A stretch of DNA of 64,000 bases from Eledone cirrhosa (taxonomy: Eukaryota), in assembly GCA_964016885.1 (NCBI GenBank), contig OZ024740.1:47120001-47184000 (forward strand), given 5' to 3'. Below, piece by piece: positions 39,696 to 54,790 of this stretch (positions within the stretch are counted from its first letter, which is position 1; every line of letters starts with the position of its first letter). A program made the position numbers and the translations under genes. The notes beneath the pieces are model-generated. The model saw nothing but the letters and a program-made list of their open reading frames with translations. It searched no databases and had not been told where the DNA came from.

Positions 39696-42600
39696 CAACA
39701 TGACCCCCCCCCCAAAGTATAACAATATATATATATATATATATTGTATATATATATATGAAGAACTCTATTAAACAAAAATCTGATTTGCATAAATTGT
39801 ACTTTGCTGGCAGCTAAGTCAATTAATTAATTATTAATATACTAAGTTATTTAATGTACTAAGTATACTTTATCACACATTTGCATTGTGCCAGGCATGC
39901 GTTGATAATGACCTGATGGAACTAGTTGCTAGCAGAGTGCTATTTATGCAAATCGGTTTTTCCAGTTTGAAAACCCTTCTTTGCAGTGAAGTTATATACA
40001 ATCCTACTATCGGTACGTGGTATTTGATGAATTGTCTCAAATTGTACTGAAGCCTATAAGGTTGATCAGCCTCTTTTTCTCACGGAAACATTATTAAGAC
40101 ATTTGTTTACTTTTGTCCTATGTGTTGGATCACACACTACCAGAACGGCAAAAACACATTACGTACATACGGTATACTCTATTGCACATTTTACAGCATA
40201 TATTTTCATATTTCTAAGTTCAATGATCAATTTAGATCGAGATCGAGATATTTCTAGATTTTAACTTTTCACACTATATAGATAAATAAAGCATTTGGGA
40301 TAACTTTCTACATTATCATTTTAGTTATACTTATTCTTTGTTAAATAAGGATTTTAGGTGTTGAAGATAACACCTTTTCGTTTTCATAATGTTCCCATAT
40401 ACAACAGAAATTAACAAAAATGGTTACCGCTGAGAATCGAAACTAGATAGTTAAATTTATCTTGTCTGAAATCTTTATGGCACGATATATGCTCATAGTC
40501 TAAATTATTTCGGTCTCTTACAAGAGCCCCATAACCACAAATTTGTCTTTTGCAAAAGCATTAGTTCAGAAATTCACTTCAATGAAATTCAACTTCTACA
40601 TGGCAAACTATCTAATTTTGTATTGAGTCAACAAGGGAGGCTTTAGGTAGTCGCTCCTCATGTTAGGAATATCAGCACAAAGACATTAGACAATGTAGTT
40701 ATACACATCCCTAAAATACGGTATTGCCACAACTGGAAGAATTTTGATCAGAAAAGAACCACCACAAAAACAACACAATTTAAAATAACTTCATATACTG
40801 GCTCAAACCAGAAATTTGACATCAGTACTCCTCTAGTACTTTCTATATTTCACCGCCTACGGATGGATGAAAGACAAATTTAACCCCAGCAGAATTTGAA
40901 ATCAGAGCTTAAAGAACCTGCAGCAGCATTTTTAAATACAATACGACACATTTGCAATGCAATTTTAGTGATGGCAAGTCTTCTTCGATAAGTGATCAAT
41001 TGTATTGTTTGCAGTGGGTTGGAATTATAAGTTGTGGTAGATATATCTTTCTCAAGAGTGTTAGTGAAGTACGGTTTGTAGTATGTTTCTATGTTCTCAA
41101 CACTTCAATTGACTTCATGTGTCTTAGATTTTAAACATAAGAATTTTCACGCAATAGAAATTTGAAACTCATTATTCCAAATCTAATACATCTTACATAA
41201 GGCAATACTGGTGAGTCGGCAGAAGTAACCTAAATTTGCATTTGAAAACCTACATAAACATTGCATTACTATGTTGTATACAGCCGTTTTTGGTAAAGTT
41301 TAGAGTTCGTTTTTTAAATCAACTGGCATTAAAGCTAATATATTCTCTGGTAACACACAACGAATAGCACATGAACATTGATGAAAACAATATCAACAAA
41401 CGGGTTCTCTCTTAAGTAATAATACAGACATTTCTCATGGACACTTTCGCAACAAAATGTTCTATAAATTCCTGAGACACAGCTGTTTGCTGCTAAAAGA
41501 ATGCAAACAAAAATAGAAACGTTGGCTGCTTTTTTGATGGCTTGCGAAATAATAGCTGTCTGTGCCAAGTGAAATGAAAAAATAAATAGAATTATTGCGC
41601 ATGAAACAAATTGACAAAAACATATATTCTGGTCATTGAAATAAACACAAAAAGGAACAAAGGAAGACTAAAAACACATATATACTACTATGTATGCATA
41701 TATTCATGTATGTATGCATGTATATGTGTATGTGTACATATGTGTGTTTTTGGCGTTGTTTAACCTTACGTCAGCTTTGATCGAGCAGACATATGATAAA
41801 GAGACGCCACTGCTTGGAATACCATAACGTTTTGTATATCCAGGAATACATTATCTAGTATCTCCATTCATTTTATTATGACGAATGGGGTATTCTGAAG
41901 GAGATTAATTTGTCTGATATGTCTAGTATATTGAATTACTACGTAGATATGAGCCCGTTGTGCGTTCGTAATGCCAATTGAGCTACGAAATACGGTATAA
42001 TGAAAGACAGAACATGATGCACCATTGCTTATCGAAACGGTGATTCGAAACATTGTTCCCAGATCAAGCTAATGTGTTAGGCGTCTGCTCAGTTCAGGAG
42101 TATTCCCCCTTTGTAGCTACACATAGAATTAAGAGAAGTAAACGCTTGGTTGGCATGATGCCAACGAAAACTCTAGTAGATACCCTAAGTGTCTTCGACG
42201 TTTAAATCGATCGTCGGAACTGGATGTAGTGGTGAAAAGCTAACTGAGTCTTGTTGCTGGTTCCTTTAAAGCTTCACTCAGGCTAGTTGGCACTAACTGG
42301 CAAAATATATACGATGCAACTCGGGAAAGCGATCAAATGAGATCGATAATAAGGGGCATAAATCTGAATATATAATCAGAGTAAAACTGCACATTTTGAA
42401 ATTGTTGATATTTGGCTCCAGGGTAACCCTCGTCAAAAGCATTCCATCAGTATTCATCCTGACCTTTAGGGATATTACATATAGTCATCATTGATGACTG
42501 CAGCAGCGGATGGGAGAGCCCGGCGAAAGTAGCGCAATAAATCCAACGGACCAGAGAACATATACAGGTATGTTCAATATATCAGACTGTCACTCACGTA

Positions 42601-42756
42601 TAAGTCTGTTTGGCCACCGGAGACGCTGCTCCAGCCGAGTTGACAACAGGATACTACCCATGGTCAACCTTGACTAAAGGAAGCCTTAACTTATTTAAGA
42701 CAGCATGATTTTGATTTGAGATAGATATCTATAGCTGGCCGAGTGACATTGTTGAA

Positions 42757-43200
42757 CAGTGATTCTCAAAATGTGCACCGCAAGGGACATGCACGAGTGC
42801 GGCGGATTAAAGGAGAACATTTAAGGCTTTAGAAAATATTTAGTGATGTATGAGTACCTTGAAAAACATTTAACTCACAAATATGTTATGCACAAATATA
42901 ACTAATAAAACACATCAAAGTATCATTTCTAATATAGGTTTTGTATATGTTTAACTTTAAGACATATTTAAAACAAATTTCATGCGTAGTGCACCAATAC
43001 AATTTTTATTTCATCTCCAGTTTGCCATTAACTGAAATTTCGAAATTTGCTTTAATCGTATCTTTTAAACAGTACAAAAGAAAAATTTATTATTTGCAGA
43101 TATGTCGTGTTGATAGTAACTGAATTTTGGAAAATGTGATACATCCTGTGGTCTTTTAACAGTTGAAATAATTTTGATCGGTATAATATATTATGTTTAT
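42757..43200 (-). mobile_element. Decayed hAT (Charlie/Buster-like) transposon end
   Basis: CAGTGATTCTCAAA terminus; minus strand acgacatatctgcaaa resembles the TTYLCE dimerisation motif, with frameshift. Confidence 0.4.
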
Positions 43201-43654
43201 TAGCCATACCACTCACACAGGTGGAAAGTAAGCAGTAAAACCATGTTTTTCTATGGAAGTAGATAAGCAGATATCGGGGTATTCCCTAAAAGTGTTATTA
43301 AATATCATAATAGACAAGATTTACCCAAGTATGTCCTAAAAATGATATAATTTTTCGTTTGTAACTATTAAGTACAGTATCTAACAGACGGCTGTTTCTC
43401 TGAGGTTATCGTATATCAGATTGTTGAGTGCTTTTTTATAATTTGTGGAACAGCCAGAAATATTTTGTCAAATAACTAGAAAGTTTCTTTGCTTTGAAAC
43501 TACATGATGTATTTAACAAATGAATCTAAAAATATAACACTTTACTATAGCAATACATTCAATTTCATTATTCTTATACCATTTCATTACATAATTCTCG
43601 TCAGCTGAAAGTTAAGTATAATGAATTATCTAATTCAACGACGTAATACCAAAA

Positions 43655-43966
43655 CAAAATGAAAATTTAGTTTGAGAAGAAAGAATGGAATGTAAAATAA
43701 GAAAATGTAAAAGAACGGAAAGGGAAGGGAATGGCAGGGGCTCTAGTGTCACAGAAGAATGGGGAGGGTAAGGATGACATGGCCTGGGCTTAGAGAGCGG
43801 CGGTAGTGGGGCTGCGCCCCGCAAACGAGACGGGGAATGAATTCCCGTGGACAATGGCCAGCGACACTCGCTGCAAGAACCACCGCACCTCGCGAAGCAC
43901 CTTCGTCAAACGGGCCACCAACATTCCGATCTTGCGGAGGAGCTCGACAGTACGGGGTCCAATAAG
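43655..43966 (-). mobile_element. CRE-clade non-LTR retrotransposon 3' end (C-terminus of restriction-like endonuclease)
   Basis: minus strand IGPRTVELLRKIGMLVARLTKVLREVRWFLQRVSLAIVHGNSFPV matches the CRE GP....L..IG...RE...L.QR.S.AI..GN tail. Confidence 0.75.
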
Positions 43967-44199
43967 ATCTTAATATGAATAAACTACAGTTTAATCTGTT
44001 TTTGTGATTCTATTTTATTGAAATTGCAACAATGTAGCAAGCACATTATAATTTGTTCTGGTATTTATATATCTTCCCGTACGTTTAAATCCCGCAGAAG
44101 TCAATTTCACTATTTATTCACTTTAAGGTTGATGAAAGTCGGCTAAAACTACTTTGTAGATTTGAGCCACCGTAAGAACTCCAAATTATATTGTTGCCA

Positions 44200-45060
44200 T
44201 ACCATTATGGTGATATTAGAATTAAGGCATTTGTAGATGTCTCCTGTTAAATGAATCATGTTGGTATACTTTCTAACTATGATAACATATGATTATTTTA
44301 ACATTAGAAAAGCCATTAGCAAAGGCAAGGTATAACTCTAAGCAACGTTGAGTATAGAATTATAATAGAGTTAAGAGAGTAGCATCTAGCCTATATAATT
44401 GTTACATATAATTGTGCAGATGGATTTCAGATTCTGTTTAAAGTATTTTAAAAACATTGAAAGGATCAGCATTACATAGTCATTTCAAGACGCATTTTCT
44501 TTCGAAACTTTTAACTCTCAATCAGATAAAAACAAGTGTTTCAGTGTCAGTTTGTGAGTTGGGGACATTGATTGTGTGATAAATGTGTAAGGAGATAATT
44601 GCGAGGAATGTATCAGTCATTCATTTAGAGAAAAAATATTTTGCAGCCAGGCCTGGTTAGCATAAACTTAACAGAGTCAGTTATCCTCTTTGAATGTGAG
44701 TTCAAGAGTTATGTGAGGTCAAGGGATGATGGGAAGGGTGATGTCATGATTAGGCAGTGGTCAGGTAATCTACTACGGTAGAGGTGGTGGTGTATATGTC
44801 AATGATGCGATTACAAAGGAGGAAAATGTAAAGAGTGTTTGACGTTTGAGTGTGTTTGTAGGAAATATAGGTAAGGGAGGAGGCTCACTGGTTCAGATAC
44901 TGCAGAATAGCTAAATGTTAGGCCTATAGGCCAATAGATTCCCCTCTATTGAGGGAATTCAAAGACTAGTGAAGGTAAAAAGATTTTCTCATTGAATATT
45001 GTGAAGAAGAAAAATAATGGTGACTTGGAGAGTTTAGGGCCAAGTAGAGACAGGAATTGC
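44200..45060 (-). pseudogene. Possible very old PLE RT remnant
   Basis: fragments resembling LGPK and LA.FAN only. Confidence 0.25.
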
Positions 45061-45096
45061 AATTAAAATATCTAAGAAGAGAGATTTTAAGACACA

Positions 45097-45447
45097 GCCG
45101 AGGTTAACTTTGCCTTTTATCCTTACGGGGTCGATAAAATAAAGTACCAGTCACGCACTGGGGTCGATTTAATCGACTTGCCCCCACTCCCAAAATTGCT
45201 GGCCTTGTGCCTATATAAGAAACCATTATATTTCGGAACCACTAGCGGTGGATTGGCAGTATCGGTAGAAGGTCGGACACCATGCTTTGACGCATAGAGT
45301 TACGGCTCTTGCCATCCTGAATTCAAATCCCGCCGAGGTTAACTTTGCCTTTCATCCTTACGGGGTCGATAAAATAAAGTACCAGTAATACACTAGGTAA
45401 TTGCTGGCTTTGTGCCAAAAAGTAGAAACAATTATATTTCGGAACCA
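45097..45447 (+). mobile_element. Tandem Nin/Deu SINEs (5'-truncated copy plus full copy)
   Basis: two gccgaggttaactttgccttt..atccttacggggtcgataaaat bodies, each ending attatatttcggaaccac. Confidence 0.85.
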
Positions 45448-46146
45448 CACAATCGTTCTCATACAGACACAGACATACGAACATATGCACACACTAGATG
45501 GAAAAGGTAGGTTATAGAGAGAGGATGTGATAATTGTGCCTCGAAAAAGAATAGGATGTGAAATTGGCCTTATTATTAAGATTTTATGATTGGAGTTCAG
45601 CAGGTTACAGCACTGTCTATGGATTTTGAGAAAGTTAGTGCAACTGAAAAATTTCTCAACATCTCAAAGATTTAAATTAACCGTTAAATTATGAATTAAA
45701 TTCTTTATACTGCACTTTATGTGAAAATCAAGTTTCATAACTAGAAAATAAAAATAGAAATGGACAAAAACAATTAGTAAAGACATAATATGTAAATATT
45801 TATATACCGATAAAGCGTATTCCAAACAGTTAGGCTCAGGAATTCTTGACTTTGGTTTAATTCCATTTTGAGCTTGTAATCACAATACTTACCATATTTC
45901 ATATTTATGTCTAGAATACCGAGTAATGCATAATGAGAACGATCCATACATTTTTAAGAGCAAGTAAAATATTAGAACTATTTAGTACCAAACCTTTAAC
46001 GATGTTATCTGTCTTAAGTTTTATCAGCCACATTCTAACTGCCAGAAATCAACTACATTCCTTTCGAACAAAACAACGACGGGGAGGCTATGTAATTATA
46101 TAAACACACACATACACTCACACAGACACACACACATACACACACG

Positions 46147-46244
<98 letters not shown>

Positions 46245-46263
46245 TACACAAATATATATGTAT

Positions 46264-46304
<41 letters not shown>

Positions 46305-46719
46305 AACAGATCGTTAACAGTGTTTTGTTTCTATGCTGTTGTATAATACAGAATGTATTTATAAATGTTAGCCAAAAGACCTGTAATATACAGGTGTAAA
46401 ATCCGTAGATATACTCTGTAGTGTTTAATAGCAGTGGAATTTCAGATAAAGTACCAGTAAATTATCAATGGATTTTAATATGCAAATCAGTCCCTTCAGT
46501 TTACTTATGCCCATAGTAAAAGTGAGTTTGTGAGTAACGTCTGTTAACACTCAAATACAGTACTCAGATACTGATAAAATTCCAACAAAGTATTAAAGCT
46601 AGTCCCCTTGTCCACATCTTTTTGTCCACGAAGATCATGTATTTGAAGAGAATTCCATACATAATTAATCGAAGACTTAGATATTTTAGTACGTAATAGC
46701 AATGAAGTATATGCACGTA

Positions 46720-47085
46720 TTGCCGTGTGGTTGTGTATTTAAGAAGTTAGCTTCACAAGCCGGTGGATTTAGACTTAGTCATACTGCATAGTACTTTGGG
46801 GAAGTGTCTTGTAAAATAGCCTCAGGTTCAGCAATGCCATGTCCGTGAGAATTGGTAGATTGAAACGGTGTGGAAACCCGACGTATATGTGTGTCCGTTT
46901 GTATGCGTGTGTATATGCGTTCGTGTCTGTGTTTAGGTTTACTGTTGGTTTAAGTTCGTAATTTAGCAGTTCAACAAAAGGAAATCGCTAAAATAAGTAA
47001 CTAGGATCGATTCGATTGGTTAAAAATCTTTAATGTGGTGCCACGTCACGACCGCAGAGCAGTCGAATCACTGAAACGAAAAGAA
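46720..47085 (+). mobile_element. Degenerate tRNA/CORE SINE
   Basis: gccgtgtggttgtgt...ttaagaag...ctttggggaagtgtctt...gaattggtaga. Confidence 0.55.
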
Positions 47086-47235
47086 GAATAATAATTTCTC
47101 TCCACCTGTCTGCTTTCCCATAAATAATATATAATATATATATATATATTTCTAAGGGTGGTGCCTCAGCATGTTCTTAGCCGGATGGCTGGAACAGGTA
47201 AAAGAGTAAAAGAGTATACACACTCACACACATAA

Positions 47236-47827
47236 TCTATATATATAAAACTGAGGATGTCTGTCTGTGTGTGTGTGAGTTCGAATCTCTAAAACTCGAG
47301 AACCACCCAATCGACTGTTTTCAAACTTTACACATGTAATACTTATGTTTCAGGAACTGTTCTGAGCAAAAATAATTTCAAATTTTCAATGCCCTAGGGA
47401 CCGCATTAGGCGATTTAGTGATCTCTCTCTATAATTCTTAGTCTTTCCCTTTTTAGATAGATACATACATATAACGTCGCGCCCTTATAATATCTGTCTG
47501 TATGTCTGGCTGTCTGCATTACGTCACTTCCTACAATTCGCTCTGCTTCCAGAACGCGCCCTTATAATATCTGTCTGTATTTCTGGCTGTCTGCTGCCTC
47601 CGGTTATTCTGCCACCCTTGCTCAAGACAAATCTCACACTCATTCCCCAAACAGTTGGTAAGTGCACACAACTTCTTCCTCACGTTTTAAGCCAAAGTGC
47701 TGCTTGCTTACGTTCCGGCAGACCCTTACTTCTTTGCCAGCCATGGTTGTGGCAATACTAAGCTTAGCTAAGGCGGTTATATATTTCACAATACCTTATC
47801 CCGTGCAACGCCGGGTACGACTGCTAG
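47236..47827 (+). mobile_element. Non-autonomous Helitron
   Basis: 5' A^TCTATATATATAAAA; 3' hairpin cccgtgcaacgccggg followed by CTAG; internal 39-bp duplication (47479/47556). Confidence 0.8.
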
Positions 47828-48024
47828 AATATTAAATATGGGAAGAGAGACAGGCGGGAAAGCCCGATGATTTCCTTCGAATATAGCAGTTCTAGTCTTA
47901 TAGAAGCCATTTCTATATTAAATGTGTGGTATACACTCTACTAATGTATTGAGTACCTTACTGTGGTTACTCCCGATTGAACCCGGGACTCACACACACA
48001 CACATATATATATGTGTGTTTATA

Positions 48025-48555
48025 ATAGGGGTGTATATGAAAACATATACTATATGTATATAAACAATAAACATATGGGCAGCCACGCTGTCGAAGAAAA
48101 CATATTTTTTCGTAACGAAAATATTGTTGCTCTATTTTTATCCGCGAGCATGGCACAGAGCTGTCAGTACAGACGAGAATAGAAGACGGTGCGGTTTCGT
48201 GATTTGTTAATCTTTTGTCAGCTACATTCACCCATCCGGTACTGACTTGGAAATAGACTTGAGTCTATATAAAATTTTGGATGATGAACATTTGCTGGAG
48301 ATACTCATTTGCATGTAGCAAATAGAAAATGTCGACTGGAAATGCCCATTTGCATGTAGTACAAACTTGGCAGTGTGTAATTTATTGGCAGTAGCACTAA
48401 AACAGCGTTTAAGCATAACAGTGAGGCATATGAAAAAATATACTATATGTTTATATACAATATCGTTATGAAAACATTTTTTTCTTTGATAGTGAGGTTA
48501 ACTATATGTTTATTGTATATAAACATATAGTGTGTTTTCATATACACCCTCATAA
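48025..48555. mobile_element. MITE-like repeat with ~50-bp terminal inverted repeats
   Basis: gggtgtatatgaaaacatatactatatgtatataaacaataaacat vs atgtttattgtatataaacatatagtgtgttttcatatacaccc; homologous to 9160-9660. Confidence 0.6.
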
Positions 48556-48587
48556 TGCTTACACATTGACTTAATGCTACTGTCAAT

Positions 48588-48750
<163 letters not shown>

Positions 48751-49954
48751 GTATATATAACGCACCCGCACACTTTTATATACATATTATACATGAAATA
48801 TAGCGCATATACATGCTTGTGTATATGTGTGCGCACATATGTGTGTTTTCATAAAAATGCATATCCAAGTGTTTTTAATTTTGTACACAGAAACGCATAC
48901 ACACACACACATACACCCCCCCCCCCCACACACATACACACATACACACACACATATATATATATATGTTTTTACTTGATTTTATAAAGATTAATACCAA
49001 AAAAACTAACGAGAATATTTTCACTCTGAAGAATTTGACAGACAGTTGGAAATGATTTCGCTTCATCAACAGCCATCTTTTTTGGCAAGACTGTTTAGCA
49101 AGCATCTTTTTTTGCTTGCTATCTCTTTATATGGATACTTTACGTCATTCATTCCAGATGCCTTAGATTCTGTTTTCTTTTAATCCCACCATAATATTTT
49201 TAGCAGCATTTTGAAAAAACAAACCAAAAAGTAACCCTTATTTGATTTGCCTTACATACTAATTGGTATACGAATTGGATGAGTTGTTAGAACACCCTAT
49301 AAAATGCCTTGTGGTTTTTGCTCTGGTACTTTGCTCTTTAAGATCAAATCCTGCCGAGACAACTCTGGGGGTCGATAAGCAATAACTTGTTCAGAGCGGC
49401 TGACAGCGGTATTTAATAGAGCGTTGGACTATATGTTGTTTAATATCTCTCCCGAATTTATGCCTGCTGATTACACATACACACACACAAACGCCCATAC
49501 CTACACATACACACACCGAATCAACACTTTTCACGTTCATACATGCACATACTCGCTCATATATCGATATAATCGTTAAGTTGTTTCAGTTGACAATAAT
49601 CTTCCCTGAAATATATTGGCTTGGCACATAGTGGAAAAAGGGTATTTTGATTAGTATTGTTTTACACAGACATTAAAACATGTATATATATATATATATG
49701 TATTTCTTTCTTTTTGTTTGCAGTGAAGGTTGTAATTTGGGGTAAGTACAACGAGTTCAGCCATAATAGTTGACAAGAAGCCCAGCATGCACTGGGTTTC
49801 TTGTCAACTATAATCGGAATAGAGTACTTATGACTGTTTCAGAGCCTTCGCGATTTGTAGAAGAAAACTGAAGAAATTACCCTCATACGAGAGACATGGT
49901 CCAAACCGACAGAGAGACCTCCATTCCGTTCAAGGCACCCCAAAGAAAAGTGAT

Positions 49955-50110
49955 CTTTCTGACAGGTTCCACACAATTTCTATGTACAAAATTTCACAGG
50001 CAAGGCTTTGGTTGACTGCGGCTACGGCAGAATATACTTTCCCAATGGAATTGAACCAGGAACCATGCAGTTGCGATGCGAACTCTTTATCTACTTAGTT
50101 ATAGCTGCGC
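49955..50110 (-). mobile_element. Degenerate tRNA/CORE SINE
   Basis: caaggctttggttgac...ggaattgaaccaggaaccatg. Confidence 0.55.
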
Positions 50111-51379
50111 TATTCCTTCCAATGTCTATATATATCAAATTGTTGGAATAGATGTGTGAGAAATACCAATTATCATGTAATATTTCGATGTGATTAAAAC
50201 TAAGAATTAATGCAGGTTAAAACGTGACTTCCTGAATTTGTTTCTCTTTACTTTTGTATAAAAATAGATATAAACAGTAGAACTGAATTATCAGTAAATA
50301 GAAATAGTTAAGTGTATAATATAATAGGAATAGTTAAGTGTATAATATAATGGCTTTGTTACTCTAAATGAGAAAGGGTAAACAGTTATGGGTAGTTTAT
50401 TTCCGTATGGCAGCTGTCTAGGAAAAATAAATGAGGTGTCTTGGCAGAAAAAGCGGCAATCGGGTACATCAATGATGTGATAGCTATTGTTTATATAAAA
50501 CGGACAGCTGGTTAGATCGGTACTAGGCATAAGCCCTTTCTGTTGTAACTATCATAATTGGGTTAAAATAAACAGATAGAAGAAAGAGTTCAAGATTTTA
50601 AAACCGTCTATAATTTTAGTGAGTTGACACTGTGACATTACCAATAATGTTTGGATCTCTCCTTTAATACAGTTTTCTAGATCTTTCAGTGAACAAGAAC
50701 TGGATTGCTTCAAAAGCTGCACGTCATACTGAATTAATTAGACAGGCATTTAGTTTTTAACTTTAAATTCACAGAAAAGAAAATATCTTTGAGTCCATCT
50801 CCAAATGTTTGTTAGTTGTGTCCACAGAAGCAGTCTGTTAAAGTTCAAATGATAAGGTTCCCGACTATAGAAGTCGAAGAGTTGTAAACAGGAAAAGATT
50901 AATGTAGAGTATTTTTACATTACGGTTTTCATAATGTTCAATATGGCGAAAGGAAAAATTGTTCAAATCTTTATAAACAGCGATAAATATTTTTTGAAGT
51001 AATGTAAATAAGCAAATTTTCTATCGAAAAATTTCTTTTAGCAAATAGGGCTGAAATAGTAATAATAGGTAAAAATTTGATTTTAACTTTCGAGGCGATT
51101 AAATATTGGACATTATTTTAGCGACCTGTACACCCACACACTGACACGCGCGCACATGCACACACACACACACGCAAACACACACACATTGTTGTGCCCC
51201 AATGCACATTGGAATGAATGGTATGAACCCCAAATATACCGAAACCGTAGTGATTTGACTGAATAGATGTGCTTGTCCGTCATTTCGTTGTTTTTTCCAT
51301 TGTCTTTGTTTTGTGCGCTTCCCCTATTTTGAATTCATATTTTAAAGACTTAGCCATGCGGGCTTTTTATTTTCGAAAC

Positions 51380-51464
<85 letters not shown>

Positions 51465-52332
51465 GGAGAGAGAGTGAGAGAGAGAGAGAAAGAGAGAGAG
51501 AGAAGATACATATTGAACTTAGGGTCAACGTTCATTTATACGAAACGAACATTCGCTATTAATGTTTGGTTTGTCTTCAGAACATTCGTAACCAATGATT
51601 ACAGACAGCACTGTAGTGCTCCTTACGTCTCATCACATTTCATACAATCTCTCTATAATTTGTCGGTAGTATCTACCAAAAGGAATTAACATATTTAGGT
51701 GGGAATATGTGTGTGCATGTGTATGTATGGTGTTGGTAGGTTTCGAAAAAATATATCCTGCTAATTTGCTTTGGTTCATATTATATAATATACTTGAAAT
51801 TCCCAAAATTAAGAATCATATAGTATTTCTGCTTCTATATATCATGAGGTAGCAATTCTCCTTTCCTTCTTTATGTTCTTTGAGATATTAACATTTTCTT
51901 TTCATTATCTTTTTCTACACATCATTTTGAAAGTAGCTGATGGCTATATAGATAAAACATTTAATACAATATCTAGTAAAATCCTACCCTCTTACTTTCT
52001 TTGTTCAAACTCTACAGGGTCAGCTTTGCCTTTTATTCATCGACTGTTTTCATCCACAGAACGTGTGGTTTTCTGGCAATTCAAGCAATTATTATGTGCG
52101 TTGAAATAGTAGTGGGCAGAAAACACCATAAAAGCACTAAACAAAATGCTTTGCAGAACTTAGTTACAACTCTTAGTTACCGTGTTTAAATTCCACCGTT
52201 GGGATTTGACTTTATTCTTCATCTTTCAAAGCTTCATATGATAACTAGCCGTCAAGTATAGAAATCAATTTAATCAACCATGTTTACTATATTAAAAATG
52301 GCATTGCGTCAATATTAGAAATTTTTATTATT

Positions 52333-52588
52333 AAAAGTACCAGTAATGCACTGGGTAATTGCTGGCCTTGTGCCTAAAGTAGAAACAATTATTAAAAAGC
52401 GGTGGATTGGTAGTACTGGTAGAGTGTCGGACATATGCTTTGACGCATAGAGTTACAGCCCTTGCCATTCTGAGTTCAAATCCGGCCGAGGTTAACTTTG
52501 CCTTTCATCCTTACAGGGTTGATAAAATAAAGTACCAGTAATGCACTGGGTTATTGCTGACCTTGTGCCAAAAGTAGAAACAATTATT
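52333..52588 (+). mobile_element. Nin/Deu SINE (3' fragment plus full copy)
   Basis: shared SINE body and aagtagaaacaattatta tail. Confidence 0.85.
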
Positions 52589-52827
52589 ATGAGGTTAGCA
52601 TCAATAAATCTGTTTTGTAGTATTGTTCAGTCTTTGTACAGCATAGGTTCCTATCAGTGTCAACTTTGCATCTCTCGGAAGCGACGATCAATTTATCAAT
52701 AATATTTCTTTACCTTGCCTCGAGGCCTCAAATTCTGATTGAGTCATAGAGGTGCATCATAGAGGTATGTCATCTAAACACAGTGGGGCCAATCCTTCTG
52801 TAGTAGATTTCTTTCGGCGGAAGATTA

Positions 52828-52860
<33 letters not shown>

Positions 52861-52984
52861 GAGAATGAAAGAAGGGGGAGAGAAAGAAAGAGAGAGAATG
52901 AGATGAGAGAGAGAGGGAAAGAAGGAGAGTGAGAATGAAAGAAGGGGGAGGGAAAAAGAAGAAGAGAGAGACGGAGAGAGAAAA

Positions 52985-53140
52985 TCAATCCCAGTACTAA
53001 TACTTTATTTATCGACCAAAAAGAATGTAAGGCAAATTTGACCACATTGGGGTTTAAACTCAGACCGCGAGGAGCCGGAACGAACACAACACTACATTCT
53101 ATCTGATGCTGTAACGACTTTGATAGTTCACCGCCTTCTC
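52985..53140 (-). mobile_element. Degenerate Nin/Deu SINE
   Basis: tactttatttatcgacc...aaggcaaatttgacc. Confidence 0.6.
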
Positions 53141-53357
53141 AGTAATATACCCTAGTCGATTTACTCGATAAAGCATCACAATATGTTGGCATGTGTCAAT
53201 GACAAAAATCATTATTATAACAAAGTTCCTCTTTGATCATGTAAATGTCACATCTTTACTTTTAATGAAAAGTATTTGAAGGACCTAACCAAGAATTATT
53301 GCAGATTAAGAAACGCTTGTAAATTTATTAATACCAGTAATTACTGGTATTTCTTTA

Positions 53358-54790
53358 TTAAGACAAAAAGATTCTGTTCGCCGTGTCTTGGGAAGATGTG
53401 AGGATGAGGATATCGTCCACGTACCTTGAGAAAAAGGCTACGGCGTTGGGGTGGCAGGCGTTGAGTGCGTTGCGTTCGAGGTTGTCCATGTAAGAGATCG
53501 CTAGCACACCTGATAGGCTTGATCCCATGGGCAATCCCGAGGTTTGTTGGTATGTTTGGTCAAGGAATCCGAAGTAGGTGTTGTCGACGACGATGGATAG
53601 GAGTTGGTGGATGTCAGTGGCGGTGAGCCCGAAGCAGTGTAGGTCGGTGGATTGGACGCATTCCATCAGTATATTGACGGCCGGGAGTGCCGGGACCGAG
53701 GTGTAGAGAGCGACTACATCAAGGCTGAAGGCATATCTGTTATTCCTTCTGGTGTCGGGATCTATTTGATGCAGGCGCTTCAACACCTCCTCGGAGCTGT
53801 TAACGTGTCCCGGCAAGGTGTCTAAGATGGGTTTGAGTATTCTGGCTAGGAGCCATGACATTTTGTAGAGTAGTCCCTCCACGCTCGATACGATGGGCCT
53901 GATCTTCAAGTCGGGTCCCTGTTTGTGTGTTTTCACGAGATGGTAGAAGGCGGGTAGTCTGCTGTTCCTCGTGAGAAGGTTGTATCTCAGCTTCTTCAGG
54001 AGCTTCCGCCGGTCGCAGATGTTGGTCCAGGCGGCGTTGATGTGCTCTTCTATCTGCGCGGGAGTGATTCCCGTGACCTTGGAGTAGCGGTTGTCATCGT
54101 CAAAGTGTTGGAGGGCCAGGGTGTTGTAGGCCTCTCTGCTGATGACGCAGAATTCTTTTCCCTTGTCGGAGGGGAGATAGATGAGGTCTTCGATTTTAGG
54201 TTGGAGAGAGTGGTGAGTTGAGATTTGGTGAGGTTATGTGTTGTGCGTGTGTGTGTTTGTGAAGTATATCCGAGATGGAGTGTTTTAGCCTGATGAGTTT
54301 AGTGTCGAGTTCGTGGTTGGTGGGGGGGGGGGGGGAGTGGGTTGTCGGGGTGGTAAGTGGGGGGGGGGCTGTTATTTTCTGTGGCGCTGTTGATGGCGGT
54401 CACCCATGTAAGTTGGTAAGCGGCTCGACAAAAGTTGGCCTAGATGTTGAGCTTGCGTCTGTCGTCGAGACGTTGTGAGACGATGAACTTGGGTCCGAGG
54501 TGTAGGAGTTTCAGCTCGTCGCTCGTGAGAGTGCCGGTTAGGTCGGTGACCAGGTGCGTCGCATCGTTGAGGTATGGCTCGGTGTTGGTGGATGTGGCGG
54601 TGGCGGTTGTTAAGTTGTTGTTTCCCACGTGGTTCTGGTCCGTCTGTTCGTTAGTGTCGATGTTCTCGTTGTGGCGTTTCGACAAGATCCACTCATATTT
54701 TCGCTTGAGCCGTTTTTTCTGGTATTGGACTCTGGAGTGGTAGCACTGGTCGATTGCTTTAGGGATTTTCAGGAGCAAGTCCCCGGGTGC
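53358..54790 (-). mobile_element. Penelope-like element RT region, 3'-truncated; related to but distinct from the 25-30 kb family
   Basis: LHLGPKF, YLPSDKGKEFCVI, FYHLVKTHK, IRPIVSS, SLDVVALYTSVP, QTSGLPMGSSLSG, RYVDD. Confidence 0.93.
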
